DNA of 64,000 bases from Minisyncoccia bacterium (GTDB lineage Bacteria; Patescibacteriota; Minisyncoccia; UBA6257; GWB1-50-10). The notes under the pieces are model-generated. The model saw nothing but the letters and a program-made list of their open reading frames with translations. It was not told where the DNA came from and made no database searches. The stretch spans positions 10,483-74,482 of the forward strand of contig JBEKVQ010000002.1 of assembly GCA_049997815.1 (NCBI GenBank). The letters run 5' to 3'. The translations under genes and the position numbers were made by a program. Positions 43,761 through 52,117 of the stretch are shown here, in pieces (the stretch's first letter is position 1; every line of letters begins with the position of its first letter).

Positions 43761-43800
43761 TTGACAAATAGCACGAGGTGTGCTATTTTGTTTTCAGACA
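43761..43800 (+). promoter_or_regulatory. sigma-70-like promoter (TTGACA-17 nt-TATTTT) overlapped by a perfect 10-bp palindrome (CAAATAGCAC...GTGCTATTTG); candidate operator
   Basis: A near-identical 40-bp element recurs at 50250-50287 upstream of a second gene. Lies about 100 bp upstream of the REC-domain gene. Confidence 0.45.
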
Positions 43801-43897
43801 GGAACATTGTGTTTCCCTATGACAATTTTATAAGTACAAGTTAAACGAAAATTCTGATAGTCGAGAATAACCCTATAAACCAAAATGGAGGTTTTGT

Positions 43898-44674
43898 ATG
43901 CGTATTCTGATTGTTGATGATAGTGCTCTATGGATCAAGCATGGTAAGACCCTTCTCGAGCAAGCTGGCTATGAGGTGACGGGGTTGGTTGTCTCTGATC
44001 CCAAGCAGTTCACTTCGAAATCTCTGTCCGAGTCGGTGGCCGACGCGATCAAGGGGGTCGATGTGCTGATGATCGACAAGGATTTTGGTGAGGCCGTTAC
44101 CTCAACCCGTCTAATCTGTGTCGTTCGGCACAACTTCCCGAAACTTCCGATCGTCCGCTGGACCGGTGGGTACGATGACAAGCCGTACATGAATTATCTC
44201 GGTGTTACAAATATCGAGAAGCCCACCAAAAAGGATGAGGCCAAGTTCGTCGAGATCTTCAACGAGGCACTCGATAAGCAGAAGCTCATTCTCTCCGGCG
44301 CGATGGGGATATTCGCAGTGCTCGACGAGACGGTAGAACCCGACAAGTACGCGGCCGAAAACAAGGCAAGGCAGCTTAAGCAGATTGCCCAAATCGCCCA
44401 GTTGGCCAACAAAGATACCGTGGATTCGGACGATTGGAGGTATCCGTGGACGATCACTGGGGAACGCGCCGATATGACCAAGCACGAGTTTGGTCACTGT
44501 ATCTGCGACGGTATTCTCACAGCCGAAGATATTCGCCCCCATCTCTCTGCCTTGCAGAAGGTAATCGGAAAGTTTGAAGGCGCGGGTAAGATTGACGAGC
44601 GCTTCAAGATTTGTGCTGAGTTCATTAAGACTGGAAATCTGGACGAGCTCGAGCTAGTCCGGCGCTGTTACTGA
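43898..44674 (+). CDS. response-regulator receiver (REC) domain protein with an uncharacterised C-terminal domain
   Basis: MRILIVDDS...D.L..D phospho-acceptor pattern at the N-terminus. The C-terminal 130 aa have no recognisable HTH. No adjacent histidine kinase. Confidence 0.55.
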   Translation: MRILIVDDSALWIKHGKTLLEQAGYEVTGLVVSDPKQFTSKSLSESVADAIKGVDVLMIDKDFGEAVTSTRLICVVRHNFPKLPIVRWTGGYDDKPYMNYLGVTNIEKPTKKDEAKFVEIFNEALDKQKLILSGAMGIFAVLDETVEPDKYAAENKARQLKQIAQIAQLANKDTVDSDDWRYPWTITGERADMTKHEFGHCICDGILTAEDIRPHLSALQKVIGKFEGAGKIDERFKICAEFIKTGNLDELELVRRCY

Positions 44675-44885
44675 GATCGTTTTTAACGATGCAATAATCC
44701 TACCAGAGGGGAAAAATGAAACTCGATTACGGTTGAATACCTAACCGAACACTACGTGGAGCCCACTGCGTAGAAAGCAAAGACGAAAGTCATGAGCAAA
44801 AAGCCCGACAACAATGTTGGGCTTTGCTATTTCTGGTTATAACCAGATGAGATTTAACCTAGGTCCGGCGCACAGACCCGCTCTT

Positions 44886-44926
44886 TCTGCTGTATAATGG
44901 TTCTAACGTCCTCTACTACGCGACCC
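44886..44926 (+). repeat. array repeat copy R1 (TGTATAAT extended -10-like + core GGTTCTAACGTCCTCTACTACGCGACCC)
   Basis: One of 7 same-strand copies of the core found by eye (see findings). Confidence 0.6.
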
Positions 44927-44976
44927 AGCGATAAATCCAAGTATCTTTCAGGCATGGTCTGGTGTACCTTTAACGT

Positions 44977-45471
44977 ATGGGTGCAGATAAAAAAATTTTT
45001 CCAAACGTATGGTATGCCTCTGAGAAAAAGGTAAAAAGTGCCTCCAAATTTCTTGTCTTTAACGACAAGGGTTCGTTGGATTTCTCCGGAGAAAATATCC
45101 TATTTACAGGCAAGAAGAATACGATTCAAATCGGTAAATCAACCGTTAGGGGTATTTCCATGGTAAGCCAAGACATCAATTGGGTAACCTATATTATGAC
45201 GAACATTTTAGCCATAGCCGTATATTATTTTGTATTTACCTCCATATCTCATTTTGTATTCACTGGGGAAGACGTTGTCCTTTTAATTGTTTATTTTCTA
45301 ATCGCCAATGGATTTGGTTTATTGGTCGGTAAAAGCACTAAATGGATACTTGTCGAATATCTTGATAAGAACGGGAATCCGGGAAAGGCTTATTTTGCGG
45401 ATGGCTCAATGCGGGGATGGTCGGGTATATTCGGGGGGACGCGAAAAATCTACGATCTTATTAGGTCTTAA
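44977..45471 (+). CDS. hypothetical membrane protein
   Basis: Two central TM helices; no motif. Confidence 0.35.
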   Translation: MGADKKIFPNVWYASEKKVKSASKFLVFNDKGSLDFSGENILFTGKKNTIQIGKSTVRGISMVSQDINWVTYIMTNILAIAVYYFVFTSISHFVFTGEDVVLLIVYFLIANGFGLLVGKSTKWILVEYLDKNGNPGKAYFADGSMRGWSGIFGGTRKIYDLIRS

Positions 45472-45482
45472 AATACACCTTC

Positions 45483-45520
45483 GCTGTATAACAGTTCTAA
45501 CGTCCCCCACTACGCGACCC
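45483..45520 (+). repeat. array repeat copy R2 (GCTGTATAAC + core)
   Basis: Core GTTCTAACGTCCCCCACTACGCGACCC, located between convergent gene ends. Confidence 0.6.
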
Positions 45521-45562
45521 GGACAAAAAAACAATTTTCAATCAGCCAAAGAAACCTCTTCT

Positions 45563-46759
45563 CTACTTAGTGGTGTTATAGATGGCTTGGATCTCGGCGG
45601 CGGAGAGAGCGCGGTTGTAGATGCGGACGTCGTCGATAACTCCACTACCAAAGTCATCCCCTTTCCCAAAAAGAAGAGAACTTGTACTTGTATCAGTGAC
45701 ATATACCTGGGTACCGCTCGCTTTGAGCATTCCATTTAAATACCACGACCATATTGATCCTGAATAAGTAATGGTAAGAAAATTCCAAGATGTGGTGACT
45801 AAATTTGCCGCAGATGGACTAATATTATCTCTTTTATAGAGTATAGTACCGTTACTTATATAAAAAATTAAATATCCTTGCCCAGCAACACCCGAGTTCC
45901 CTTTGACAAGAATACCTGGATAACTGCCGATCAGTGTTATTTCCTTATACCAAAGCGAGATTGTAAAATCGGAATTTAATCGAAGGGTCAAGTTATCGGG
46001 AACGGACACATAATCATCCGTCCCATCGAAATTCCCCGCCTGTCCAATCTTGCCTCCCGTATAGTAGGAACCGTTGGTCAGAGAGCCATACCACGTCCCA
46101 TTGTTTCCGTTCCCAGATGAGTCATTGGGAGAGCCATCCAAAGGCCAGTAACCCACAAGTCCAGAGGTATTGAATAATGGTGATAAGGAAAGATTAGAAC
46201 CATAGGCTATGACTCCAGGCATATTCTGTATGGGAGGGTTGATCTGGAGGGCGGCCCGCTGTTTCTGTGATTCAGGAATAGCCGTCAGTTCCCAAGAGCC
46301 TCCTGATGTGTAGGTGTAGTACTGTCCGCTTGAGGTGGTATTTATGGGATCAATGGGAAGCCTGGAGAGAGGACTTCCGGATGAGATGAGGGTGAAGTTC
46401 ACAGGGATCCATCCTGTGCCGTCGACTCTCGAGGAGGAGGCGGTGGAAACGCAGGCGTATGCCCAGCCTGAAGGCAATGCGGGAAGGCCTAAGTTCGCAC
46501 AGGTAGGTGACGTGTCCGGAACTGACACATAGGTCGTTGAGGCGGTTCCGAGGGATTGGTTGTACTGGTCGACCTGGAAGAGATTGAGGGCACTGTTCAA
46601 GGACGCCAGATCGGAGAGACGAGTGGAGTCTCTAGCTTCTTTGAGGAGCTCAGCAGGATTGATGACGAGGATGACGGCGGTAGCCAAGACTCCGAGGATG
46701 GCTATCACTACCAGGAGCTCTATGAGGGTGAAGGAGGACTCGTTACGCCAGCTTGTCAT
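45563..46759 (-). CDS. type IV pilin-like protein with a C-terminal LamG/concanavalin-like domain
   Basis: N-terminal prepilin motif FTLIELLVVIAILGVLA. The C-terminal about 200 aa have a LamG-like pattern (...WYLNGML...DDVRIYNRALSAAEI). Confidence 0.7.
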   Translation of the reverse strand: MTSWRNESSFTLIELLVVIAILGVLATAVILVINPAELLKEARDSTRLSDLASLNSALNLFQVDQYNQSLGTASTTYVSVPDTSPTCANLGLPALPSGWAYACVSTASSSRVDGTGWIPVNFTLISSGSPLSRLPIDPINTTSSGQYYTYTSGGSWELTAIPESQKQRAALQINPPIQNMPGVIAYGSNLSLSPLFNTSGLVGYWPLDGSPNDSSGNGNNGTWYGSLTNGSYYTGGKIGQAGNFDGTDDYVSVPDNLTLRLNSDFTISLWYKEITLIGSYPGILVKGNSGVAGQGYLIFYISNGTILYKRDNISPSAANLVTTSWNFLTITYSGSIWSWYLNGMLKASGTQVYVTDTSTSSLLFGKGDDFGSGVIDDVRIYNRALSAAEIQAIYNTTK

Positions 46760-46819
46760 ATCTTGTTATTCTACATTGTCCTGATTCTGAACGTATACGC
46801 TCACGTTCGGTACGCAAAT

Positions 46820-46909
46820 CCTTCCCTCCAACCTTCTAACCACAGTTCTAACGTCCTCTACTACGCGACCTACCCAAAATTATCCCGATAGAATTAGGAC
46901 GGTTTTTTG
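46820..46909 (+). repeat. array repeat copy R3 (long form: CTCCCTCCAACC box + core + CCAAAATTATCC + degraded hairpin + T-run)
   Basis: Shares about 110 bp of collinear similarity with R4. Confidence 0.6.
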
Positions 46910-47008
46910 TCTCCGAGTGGGACGATGCCGGAACGAAAATTGAGGTGGGGAAATAAAAAACCGCCCTGCGATTTCGTAGGGCGATTCTGGTTAATTGATA
47001 AAGATAAA

Positions 47009-47470
47009 TCAATGACGGAATGAATTGAATTCGGCAACATGTTTAATGTATGCATCCCTGTCAAAAAACTTTACAATCGCATCGCGAAGTTTTTGAGAGG
47101 TCATACCGAATTGCTTCAACGTTTCAGGTGAAGATGTAATCTCCTTACTCTTCCCTTCATAATCATTGAAGTCATACACATATAATCCTTGAGGTCCAAC
47201 GCAGAGATTCGTCCCAAAACCTCCAAATGGGGTTTTTTCGCCTTCCCTAAGTGTAGCAATCGCCCCACCATTTGAAAGCTGTGCAAACTCTTGAATTTCG
47301 CGATCAGTATTAACCGACCGAAGAAATTCTTGAAACGATTCGTCATCTTTTGCGTCAAACCGTACTGCAGAATATCGCGTCTTTATAGCGTCAATGAGCT
47401 CATAAATCCTCATGGGTATTCTCCGTGCCGCGCTCCTCAATTCAAAACGATGTTTCAATTTGCTAATCAT
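47009..47470 (-). CDS. hypothetical protein
   Basis: Start taken at the internal Met (MISKLKHRF). No motif. Confidence 0.35.
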   Translation of the reverse strand: MISKLKHRFELRSAARRIPMRIYELIDAIKTRYSAVRFDAKDDESFQEFLRSVNTDREIQEFAQLSNGGAIATLREGEKTPFGGFGTNLCVGPQGLYVYDFNDYEGKSKEITSSPETLKQFGMTSQKLRDAIVKFFDRDAYIKHVAEFNSFRH

Positions 47471-47632
47471 ATGTGTCTCCTTCCCTTTTAGTTTGAAATG
47501 TACAGCTATTCTCAGTTTTCTAAATGTCAAAACTATAGCATGTGATTAGGCCAATGTCAAGGAACTATTTTCTGAGAGTTCACCTGAGATAGTTCTTTAT
47601 CTCGCCAAATATGGCACGCAAATCCTTCTAAA

Positions 47633-47992
47633 TCAAAATCCACCTAAGCCACCCAGATCGCTGCTTGTTGCCTGCTGGACCGCATTACTCAGCCATCGTT
47701 CCAAAATCACGAAACCTACCACTAGTGAGACTGCGGTGAGAACAATAATGATAATGCCGACTCGCCGTGCAGGCGGATATGAGCTGCGGACATACTTCAT
47801 GCCAGGCCAGAGACCAAGTGGTGGGAGGAAAATACTTAATAGATAAAGGCTGGTTTGCGCGAGCCAAGTCGTCGAGGGTGGTTTCTCTTTAAGATTCTTT
47901 CCGCAATTCGCACAGAAATACCATTCAGGAGAAATAGTTTGATGACACTGCGGGCAGAGAGATTGCATTTGCGGGAGATCCATAGAATCCAT
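47633..47992 (-). CDS. zinc-ribbon membrane protein
   Basis: CPQCHQ...CANCGK followed by two TM helices. Confidence 0.4.
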   Translation of the reverse strand: MDSMDLPQMQSLCPQCHQTISPEWYFCANCGKNLKEKPPSTTWLAQTSLYLLSIFLPPLGLWPGMKYVRSSYPPARRVGIIIIVLTAVSLVVGFVILERWLSNAVQQATSSDLGGLGGF

Positions 47993-48117
47993 TTTAACAT
48001 CAAGAGAGAGTCGAAAACAGTCTTATAGAGTGAAGTTGACTTCACTAGAAACCTCGGATATCGGGTGGTATATTGGCGTCAGTAAATCCACAATTTCACC
48101 AGAAAGGAGAATAGGGT

Positions 48118-48321
48118 ATGGCACAAAGGATAAGGAACACCGAAGAAAAGAAGAATGCAGAAATCATCAGAGCCGCGAATAAGGCGAGAAAGTCCTTTTT
48201 TGCCAATCAGGAGAAGACCGTTATAACCAAACTCAAAAAGGATGGTGCTTCCGAAGAAGTGATTCAAAAAATGAAAATCTTCATCGCACAGGGAATGACA
48301 ATCACCGGTGACGGCTGGTGA
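48118..48321 (+). CDS. small hypothetical protein (67 aa)
   Basis: AGGAGAAUAGGG ribosome-binding site 6 nt upstream; Lys-rich. Confidence 0.3.
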   Translation: MAQRIRNTEEKKNAEIIRAANKARKSFFANQEKTVITKLKKDGASEEVIQKMKIFIAQGMTITGDGW

Positions 48322-48357
48322 ACAATCCCTTTCCTAAGAAAAGCGAGAGGGAGCAAG

Positions 48358-48393
48358 AGCGGCCACGCGAGCAATCGGCGTGGCTCTTTATTT
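48358..48393 (+). terminator. terminator-like hairpin (GCCACGC-gagcaaucg-GCGUGGC followed by UCUUUAUUU)
   Basis: Inverted repeat after the small ORF. Confidence 0.4.
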
Positions 48394-48400
48394 CCCCAAA

Positions 48401-48490
48401 CCCCTCCCTCCAACCTCCCAATCTCAGTTCTAACGTCTTCCACTACGCGACCCATCCAAAATTATCCTGATAAAATCAGGATAATTTTTG
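48401..48490 (+). repeat. array repeat copy R4 (long form with perfect 10-bp hairpin AUUAUCCUGA-uaaaa-UCAGGAUAAU followed by UUUU)
   Basis: Core GTTCTAACGTCTTCCACTACGCGACCC. Confidence 0.6.
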
Positions 48491-48527
48491 TACTCCAGAT
48501 GGGGACATTTTGTTATACAATGAGTCC

Positions 48528-49154
48528 ATGAACCAAAAAGGATTCGCGCCAATTGTCGTCTTTCTCATCCTCTTGGGAATTCTCGTGGTTGGCGGGGGAG
48601 CGTGGTATTTATCCTCGAAAAACGTTCCGCCGCAGTCGGCTACTTCGGGACCTCAAACAGCAACCACTGCCAGCTCACAACCTCAGGACGCAACAGCTAA
48701 TTGGCCAGTACATACTGATGCAGCAAATGGATTTGAAATAAAATACCCAGCTGATTTTCCTGTCGAAGTGCTTGAAAGTAAGGATTTATCAGTCGATTTA
48801 CCCGGAACTTTTGGTGGTCGCTTCACTTATCAAGAGAACGCCCCCATCTCTTCGTCAACAACCGGAAGGGTCGCTTCCGAGACCGTGGGGGACTTCACAA
48901 TTGATTACTGGGCTCAATATGGAGGAATGGGATCCTGGGACACTGTAATTAACGCCTGGACAAAGCGGAATGGAAACTACTATATTATTTCTCTCAACCA
49001 CGAGTTTATATCCGGGGCCCCAGGTTTTACTCCCGACGTAACGGAAACTACATTGATTAGTAAGGCACTGAGTAATATGCATGACGGCACTAACACGTAT
49101 GTGAATATATTCCATCAAATCCTTTATACTTTCAGATTTGTTAATCCAAGCTAG
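48528..49154 (+). CDS. secreted/anchored hypothetical protein
   Basis: Start at MNQKGFAPIVVF (signal anchor), then a Ser/Thr/Gln-rich linker. Confidence 0.4.
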   Translation: MNQKGFAPIVVFLILLGILVVGGGAWYLSSKNVPPQSATSGPQTATTASSQPQDATANWPVHTDAANGFEIKYPADFPVEVLESKDLSVDLPGTFGGRFTYQENAPISSSTTGRVASETVGDFTIDYWAQYGGMGSWDTVINAWTKRNGNYYIISLNHEFISGAPGFTPDVTETTLISKALSNMHDGTNTYVNIFHQILYTFRFVNPS

Positions 49155-49162
49155 GCACACAA

Positions 49163-49267
49163 ACCTCCCCCCCCCGTATCACAGTTCTAACGTCCCTGCC
49201 TGCCGGCAGGCAGGCTTCACTACGCGACCCAAAGAAGATAACCCTGATTTATCAGGGTTGTTTTTAT
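49163..49267 (+). repeat. array repeat copy R5 (core split by a 20-bp perfect palindrome TGCCTGCCGGCAGGCAGGC; followed by hairpin AACCCUGA-uuua-UCAGGGUU and UUUUU)
   Basis: Core halves GTTCTAACGTCCC ... TCACTACGCGACCC. Confidence 0.6.
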
Positions 49268-49301
49268 ATCCTAAACGGAGTTCGATGTGCCTAACCTTGG
49301 G

Positions 49302-50066
49302 TTACCTGCTCTTCTTGTCTTCTTGAAGCATCTCAAGAGCCTCTTTTACGGTCGTCATAAACTGGGCGGGGAAAATGATCGTAGAATTCTTTTCCGTGGC
49401 AATTTCCGCCATTGTTTGGAGTGTACGAAGCTGGAGCGCGACTGGATGACTGGCAATGATATCAGCTGCTTGCCCTAATTTTTCAGCCGCCTGAAATTCA
49501 CCCTGCGCGGCAACGATCTTTGCCCGACGCTCACGTTCAGCTTCAGCCTCCTTTGCCATAGCGCGCTGCATGTTTTCCGGGAGCGTGACATCCTTAATCT
49601 CAACGGCGGTCACCTGAATGCCCCACGGCTCCGTGTGAACGTCGATCACGTTCTTTATTTTTTCGTTGATATCGATTGTCTGCGACAAGAATTGGTCGAG
49701 CATGAATTGACCCACGACGTTCCTGACCGTCGTTTGGCTAATCTGATTCACGGCATCGTGGACATTCTCAATCGCCACCACGGATTTCTGAGAGTCTACG
49801 ACGTGGTAGTAGGCGACTGCCGCTATATCTATCGAAACGTTGTCTTTCGTGATGATTTTCTGCGAAGGGATGTTCATGGTAACAGTCCGAAGTCCAACCC
49901 TTACCATTCTTTCAAAAATCGGGACGACGAAGATAAGTCCTGGACCACGTGTACCAACGAGACGGCCCAATCGGAAGATGACCCCGCGCTGATACTCTGT
50001 TATCACCTTTATTCCCAAAATCAGAAGGACGACGATGATGAGCACGATATACGTTAGGATATCCAT
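49302..50066 (-). CDS. SPFH/band-7 (stomatin/prohibitin-like) membrane protein
   Basis: N-terminal TM helix followed by an SPFH domain (...[24 protein letters not shown]...); C-terminal coiled coil [14 protein letters not shown]. Confidence 0.8.
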   Translation of the reverse strand: MDILTYIVLIIVVLLILGIKVITEYQRGVIFRLGRLVGTRGPGLIFVVPIFERMVRVGLRTVTMNIPSQKIITKDNVSIDIAAVAYYHVVDSQKSVVAIENVHDAVNQISQTTVRNVVGQFMLDQFLSQTIDINEKIKNVIDVHTEPWGIQVTAVEIKDVTLPENMQRAMAKEAEAERERRAKIVAAQGEFQAAEKLGQAADIIASHPVALQLRTLQTMAEIATEKNSTIIFPAQFMTTVKEALEMLQEDKKSR

Positions 50067-50195
50067 ACGTTCATAATATGCTACTAACGAATTTTAACAA
50101 TAGGGAAATCATTGACGCCTACTCCTTCTCTAAGATAGATCCCAACTTCGTCCCACTCGCAGAGGTGGTTTAGTCCATTCCAGGAACACAAACCA

Positions 50196-50243
50196 TTCTC
50201 TCCAACCCCCCAATCACATTTCTAACATCCCCCACTACGCGAC
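50196..50243 (+). repeat. array repeat copy R6 (CTCCAACCCCCCAATCACA + core variant TTTCTAACATCCCCCACTACGCGACCC)
   Basis: Followed immediately by the palindromic promoter element. Confidence 0.55.
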
Positions 50244-50249
50244 CCAATG

Positions 50250-50287
50250 TATTGACAAATAGTACAGAAATGTGCTATTCTGTTTTC
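50250..50287 (+). promoter_or_regulatory. second copy of the TTGACA-18 nt-TATTCT promoter with the CAAATAG...CTATTCTG palindrome
   Basis: Matches 43761-43800 over about 38 of 40 positions. Lies 45-80 bp upstream of gene 50331. Confidence 0.45.
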
Positions 50288-50330
50288 AGCTAATCAACCG
50301 GATTTTGACAACTAACGAGCGGAGGCAAAT

Positions 50331-51125
50331 ATGTTCCGACAATACAGAAAATGGTTGGTTGTTATTCTGGCAGTCACGCTGGGTGTATTACTTACCATTC
50401 ACCACAACAAGATTCTCGAAGAAAAGAGTTTGGTGAAGATGGCGGCTCTGTCGATCCCATCCAATGTAATCCTCGTTGAGACGGAGAACTTCATCCAACC
50501 GTTTCTAGGAAAGACCCTCATCGAGGTTCCTGTGAGCGAAGAATTCCTGCGGAATGCAAACGGTACGGTGTACTACAAGGTGTATACCCGTCAACCTGCG
50601 TTCAATGGTATTCATGATTGGATTCGCCTGTTCAGTATTCAGGGCGACGAGGTCACTTACAGCGACTGGGACAGCAGGGATGAAATTGTGGCGGTTATCC
50701 CGAATACGGCGGGTCTGCAGATCTACCGATACGAATTCCGTTACGAAAAGTATCTGTTTTGGTCCTGGCTGGCACCTATTCTTTGTTTCGGATTTGCTTG
50801 TGTCGCTCTATATTATTGCGTTCGCATAAGCAATCGGACGTCGAAAGGAAAGTCATTGCCATGCCCGACCCCAGGTTGTGGGGGTACGGCTTTTGATACC
50901 GGCAGAATCTATGACGAATCAATATTCTCGTTGGGTTTACCGATCTATCGGTGTCCAAAATGCCTTGGGAGAGGATTACTGCTCCACGATGGAGAAATAG
51001 ACAGATTCCTCTACGAATCGGGGGGTATCTACTTTTTCAACTTCCTTACGAGGATTTGGAGAAGATTCGTGAGGGCATGTTCTTTCGTTCTCAGATTTCC
51101 TTCTTTATCTAAATCAGGAACGTAG
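50331..51125 (+). CDS. hypothetical membrane protein with a C-terminal zinc-ribbon (CPTPGCGG ... CPKC)
   Basis: N-terminal TM helix, central TM helix, and a Cys cluster. Confidence 0.35.
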   Translation: MFRQYRKWLVVILAVTLGVLLTIHHNKILEEKSLVKMAALSIPSNVILVETENFIQPFLGKTLIEVPVSEEFLRNANGTVYYKVYTRQPAFNGIHDWIRLFSIQGDEVTYSDWDSRDEIVAVIPNTAGLQIYRYEFRYEKYLFWSWLAPILCFGFACVALYYCVRISNRTSKGKSLPCPTPGCGGTAFDTGRIYDESIFSLGLPIYRCPKCLGRGLLLHDGEIDRFLYESGGIYFFNFLTRIWRRFVRACSFVLRFPSLSKSGT

Positions 51126-51216
51126 TCAGGTGTCTACAAACATCAGGACCGAGCAGACCAACTGCTCCCGCATCGCCACCTCGGTATGGTGGCATTTTTA
51201 TTTCCCCAGATCCGGC

Positions 51217-51310
51217 ACACAACCCCCCCTTCAAATCCAGTATCATGGTTCTAACGCCTGCCTGCGCCATGCCTGCGTATGCAGGAGACAGGTCCTCTAC
51301 TACGCGACCC
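51217..51310 (+). repeat. array repeat copy R7 (core split by a 37-bp insertion containing the palindrome CCTGCGTATGCAGG)
   Basis: GGTTCTAACGCC ... TCTACTACGCGACCC. Confidence 0.55.
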
Positions 51311-51360
51311 AATTTATACAATACCCCCGCTAGCTGTGAGTTTTTTATTTTGTCGATGAT

Positions 51361-52104
51361 GTGGGGTTGTATTATGATGTTACTGGTAATTCAATTGAAT
51401 ACTGCCGTTTCATGCCAAATACAATCGATAAAATCTCCGTAGTAATCCCGGTTTTTAATGAAGCCGATACAATAGATGTTTTGCTTCGCAGGGTGAAAAA
51501 CGTTCCGGTTGTGGAAGAAATAATCGTCGTTGACGACTGTTCAACCGACGGGACGAGGGAGATCCTCGCGGAGCTCAAAGAGAAAATCGGTTTTAAACTT
51601 GCGTTTCACGATAAGAATCGGGGGAAGGGAGCATCAATAAGAACCGGTCTAAATCACGTTATGGGTGATTATGTCGTTATTCAGGATGCGGATTTTGAAT
51701 ATAATCCCGAAGAATATCGCATTTTGATCGATTCCATTGGGAAAAATGGAGCAGATATCGTGTTCGGTTCGCGGTTTCTCGGCCAAGCAATCAAGATACC
51801 GTTTTTATATAATGCAGGGAACAGATTCTTAACATCCATCACGAACTTATTTTTTGGTTCGGAGCTGACCGACATGGAGACGTGCTACAAGCTTCTGCCC
51901 GTTAGTTTTCTTAAAACAATCGAACTCGAATCCGACCGTTTTGATTTTGAACCGGAAATCACGGCCAAAATACTGAAATCCGGCCTCAAAATCAAGGAAG
52001 TCCCCATAAGTTATTCAAGCAGAAGCAAGAAGGAAGGTAAAAAACTGACCTGGAAAGACGGCCTTTCGGCGGTTAGAACTCTGTTTAAATGTCGATTTAA
52101 TTAA
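51361..52104 (+). CDS. family-2 glycosyltransferase (dolichyl/polyprenyl-phosphate sugar synthase-like)
   Basis: SVVIPVFNE...VVDDCSTDGT...DAD GT-A motifs; about 247 aa. Confidence 0.8.
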   Translation: MGLYYDVTGNSIEYCRFMPNTIDKISVVIPVFNEADTIDVLLRRVKNVPVVEEIIVVDDCSTDGTREILAELKEKIGFKLAFHDKNRGKGASIRTGLNHVMGDYVVIQDADFEYNPEEYRILIDSIGKNGADIVFGSRFLGQAIKIPFLYNAGNRFLTSITNLFFGSELTDMETCYKLLPVSFLKTIELESDRFDFEPEITAKILKSGLKIKEVPISYSSRSKKEGKKLTWKDGLSAVRTLFKCRFN

Positions 52105-52117
52105 TATCTAGCATCGC

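Noticed and set aside
44886-51310. CRISPR array interpretation of the seven repeats
   Set aside because: Spacing is irregular (0.5-1.6 kb), the intervening segments are complete genes with their own start and stop signals, the repeat is 27+ nt without the usual palindromic core, and no cas genes are present.
44886-51310. Integron attC-site interpretation of the repeats
   Set aside because: The core contains TCTAAC but lacks the paired R''/R' (RYYYAAC ... GTTRRRY) inverted cores and the extrahelical-base architecture of attC. No intI is present in the window. It is kept only as an analogy for a cassette-type organisation.
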